The position numbers were made by a program, and so were the translations under genes. A stretch of 64,000 nt of DNA from Leucoraja ocellata (Eukaryota): contig JAWMAR010000402.1 of assembly GCA_036785375.1 (NCBI GenBank), positions 744,001 through 808,000 of the forward strand. The letters are read 5' to 3'. The notes under the pieces were generated by a model. That model had not been told where the DNA came from, made no database searches, and saw only the letters and a program-made list of their open reading frames with translations. Within the stretch, counting starts at the first letter, position 1; the number at the start of each line of letters is the position of its first letter. Shown here piece after piece: positions 60,761-64,000 of the stretch.

Positions 60761-63700
60761 TTTTACTTCGGAGTCACGCGAGTGACTACGTGAAGATGGC
60801 CGTCCAGGCGCATGCGCGTCATCTCGTCAGACGCATTGCGCTGTGACCGCGGGAAGGAGGTACGCAACCTCCAAGCGGTGAGTAAAAGAAAACCTGAACG
60901 TAAGTATTTTTACTTTCACTTTCAGGCTGCTTTTCTCCGGGGAGACTACGTGCAGAGACGTGCAAGTCTTCATTTATGGAGAAAGGTGGGAGGAATAAGG
61001 GAAAGCGCACCGCAGTAAGCACTCAAGAAGACAAAATGTCTGAGAATAGCGGGCGCCCGACTAAAAAGTCGACGGTAGGAAAACTGAGTACTTCTAAACC
61101 GGGAGAAAAAAGTCCCGTTGAAACTCCCACAGAGAGCAAGGCCAAAAAAAAAACTAATAGGCCTATAGACTCGGACGAGTCCAAGCCAGAGATCATGTCA
61201 GACAGAGTTTCTCAACTGGAATTCCTCATGGGTAAAATGATTTATAAAGGCAAACTCCAGAAGGAGTATAAAAAACGCGGGCTTAAAGAGCAACCGCATG
61301 GAACACCCAGGAGAGGTTCTGGGAAACGCTGGCCCAGATTTGAGCCAGTAACCGAAATGCCTGATGATGAAGATGAATATGTTGGCTGGCCTAGCATGGA
61401 GGCAGCAACAGAAATGTCTGAAAGAAAATACAGACGCTGGTCTACAGGAGACCCAGAATATGGAACAGCACCCAAAAGTGGGCTGCCAGTATACAGCTCA
61501 ATGGAAGAGCTTGATATACCCCAAAGAGGGGGAAAAAAGCGGAGGCCGATAAGATAGGCATCACATGAAATACCTGGTGAAGAAATGCCAGGTGAAACCC
61601 ATTATGAGGAGGAATATCCAGAATTCTCTGACAATGAATCTATTGAGGACCAGAGCCCAACACAAAAAAGGCAAGTACCAGGGCTGGCCCAAAAGTTCTC
61701 TAGTCCCAGTTACAAGGGACCACCTCTATCAGAGGATATAGCAGAAAGTATAAATTACCTGCTTTCCCATCATTTGGAAGAACCAACAACGGATGATATT
61801 GTGAACAAATATGAAGTCCCGCAAAATTGTGCTCTGCTAGCAGTTCCATCTGTTAACAGTGAAGTGTGGAGTTACAAGGGCACAACAGTACGTGCTCAAG
61901 AAATGAAGTTACAGCGGGTACTAAGATTAATTGGGTCAAGCATTACGGCATTTGCCAGAGACCTGGAAGAAGGAAATGTGACAAAGTCACAGCAGGATGT
62001 GATGGGAATGATGTGGAATGCACATTTTGAAATAAACTGTATTCTTAAAACTGCGATAAGACCTAACATACATCCTAAGTTTGCAGGGCTCTGTAAACCA
62101 TCTAATATACAATTGCCACACTTACTCTTTGGAGAAGAGCTAGCCAAAAAGCTGAAGGTTCTCAACGAAGAATCAAAAACTATCGGGATGATGAAACCAC
62201 CAATGTTTGGCAGCACAGCTAGAAGGCAATATCCATATCGAAGGGGAACTGGTGAAGGAACAAGTCGCTCGTACCCGCATACACGATATTGGCGTGCGAC
62301 CTCAGGAAGTGGAGGACATGGTATTTCCACAAGGGGCAAGGTACAAAAAGTGACACCAGGAACCCCTGAGGTAGGTGGTTCTGGTTCTGAGAGAAACATA
62401 TCAGATGAGTCCTACTCACAAATTGGGGGAAGGTTACAATTCTTCCTAAAAGAATGGCAACTAATAACATCTGATGCATATATACTGTGCAGTATAATGG
62501 GGTTTAGAATTGAATTCTACCAAAATGAAAATCCCCCTACTCAACATATTCCAAGACGAATACATTCTTTCTCTAAAAAAGAGATTAGAATCATTCAAGT
62601 AGAAATTGACTTATTGAGTAAAAAAGGGGTAATTGAGAAAACAACTTATCAAAACCACCAGTTCATATCTAGTATTTTCTCTAGACCAAAAAAGGATGGT
62701 GGCTGTAGACTCATTTTGGACCTTACAAGTCTTAACCCTTTTGTACAGTATAAACATTTCAAAATGGAGACATTTACTAATGCTTTGCAATTAATTTCAA
62801 CAGAATACTATATGGCAAGCATAGATCTCCAAGATGCATATTACTCTGTGGCCGTGCATGTTAAAGATCGTAGATATTTGAAATTTGTCTGGATGAGTCA
62901 ATTGTGGCAATTCAAAGCATTGCCTCAGCCCCTAGATTGTTTACAAAACTGCTAACACCAATCTTAGCATTGTTAAGAACCCAAGGCCATTTGATAATGG
63001 CTTATTTGGATGACATTTTAATTGTGGGAGAAGCCATAACAACAGCATCAGTTTTAAAAGTCAAATTAACATTTCAAAAGTTGGGCTTTGTGATCCACCC
63101 AGATAAATCCAGACTGACATCAAACAAAATAATTGATTACTTGGGGTTCACTATTAATTCAGAGCACATGAAAGTGACCTTACCCAAGGACAAAAAGCTG
63201 CAGCTTATTGAGGGTTGTAAGGAACTAATTGCAGGCAAACAACCATCAAGAACAACCAACAACAGTGGCAAGGTTACTTGGCAAACTAATTGCTGCTTTT
63301 CCAGCTGTTCAGCTTGGCCCACTGCATTATCAGCAGCTGCAGCGAGCAAAGGTATTGGCTTTGAAAAGACATTCTGGTCATTTTGATAGACCCATGCAAC
63401 TACCAAACATAGCAATTGAGGATATAAAATGGTGGATTAAAAATGTTGATTGTTCTTACAGAAAAATTCTGATTGAATCACCAGCTATCATCTTACAAAC
63501 CGATGCAAGTGCACTGGGTTGGGGAGCTGCTGGTGACATCTCAAGCTGTGGAGGTAGATGGAATGCAGAGGAAGAACCTTTGCTCGAGACACATGGCATT
63601 AATTATCTTGAATTATTAAGTGTATTTCATGGCTTGAAAGCCCTTTGCCGCAAGGTACAAAATTTGCATGTACAGGTTCAGATTGACAACACTACGGCAG

Positions 63701-64000
63701 TGGCATATGTCAATCATATGGGTGGAATCAAGTCAGAAGCATGTAACAGATTGGCAAACATGATTTGGCACTGGTGCATTAAGAAAGACATTTGGCTTTC
63801 TGCAATTTACCTGCCAGGTAAATTCAACATAATTGCAGACACTAGGTCACGAACGTTTAATGACAATACAGAATGGATGTTAAATTGTGACATTTTCCGT
63901 AAAATTGTGAAAAGATTTGGGAAACCAGAAATTGACTTGTTTGCATCCAGATTGAACCACCAGTTACCTCAATATGTTTTGTGGGAACCAGATCCAGGTG
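60761..64000 (+). mobile_element. DIRS1-type (tyrosine recombinase) retrotransposon, 5' part
   Basis: Gag-like ORF at 60976-62300; RT motifs GGRLQFF..EW, RLILDL, HFKMET, SIDLQDAY and AYLDDIL; RNase H TDAS..GWG, INYLEL and DNTTA; then DLFASRLN, the start of the methyltransferase-like domain. Several frameshifts; runs off the window. Confidence 0.88.

Overview
Eukaryotic, repeat-rich genomic DNA. The CR1, Penelope and V-SINE repertoire points to a cartilaginous fish, probably a skate or ray (inference). Three host genes lie on the minus strand. (1) The 5' half of a COL21A1 gene: signal peptide, vWA and TSPN exons plus a 25-nt micro-exon, at 10-19641, with a candidate non-coding exon 1 near 24742-24915. 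(2) An intact, completely intronless MSH5 ORF (ATG 51000 to stop 48580, 806 aa) next to a CpG-rich minisatellite promoter; it looks like an old functional retrogene. (3) The last three exons (60254-55972) of a second FACIT collagen that resembles COL21A1, is divergent, and is missed by the ORF track. The rest is nested mobile DNA: CR1, Rex/Babar, RTE and L1 LINEs, Penelope elements and their palindromic derivatives carrying hammerhead-ribozyme cores, Gypsy and DIRS retrotransposons, solo LTRs, a Tc1 transposon, and Harbinger and hAT MITEs. Similarities to known proteins are from recall, not database searches.
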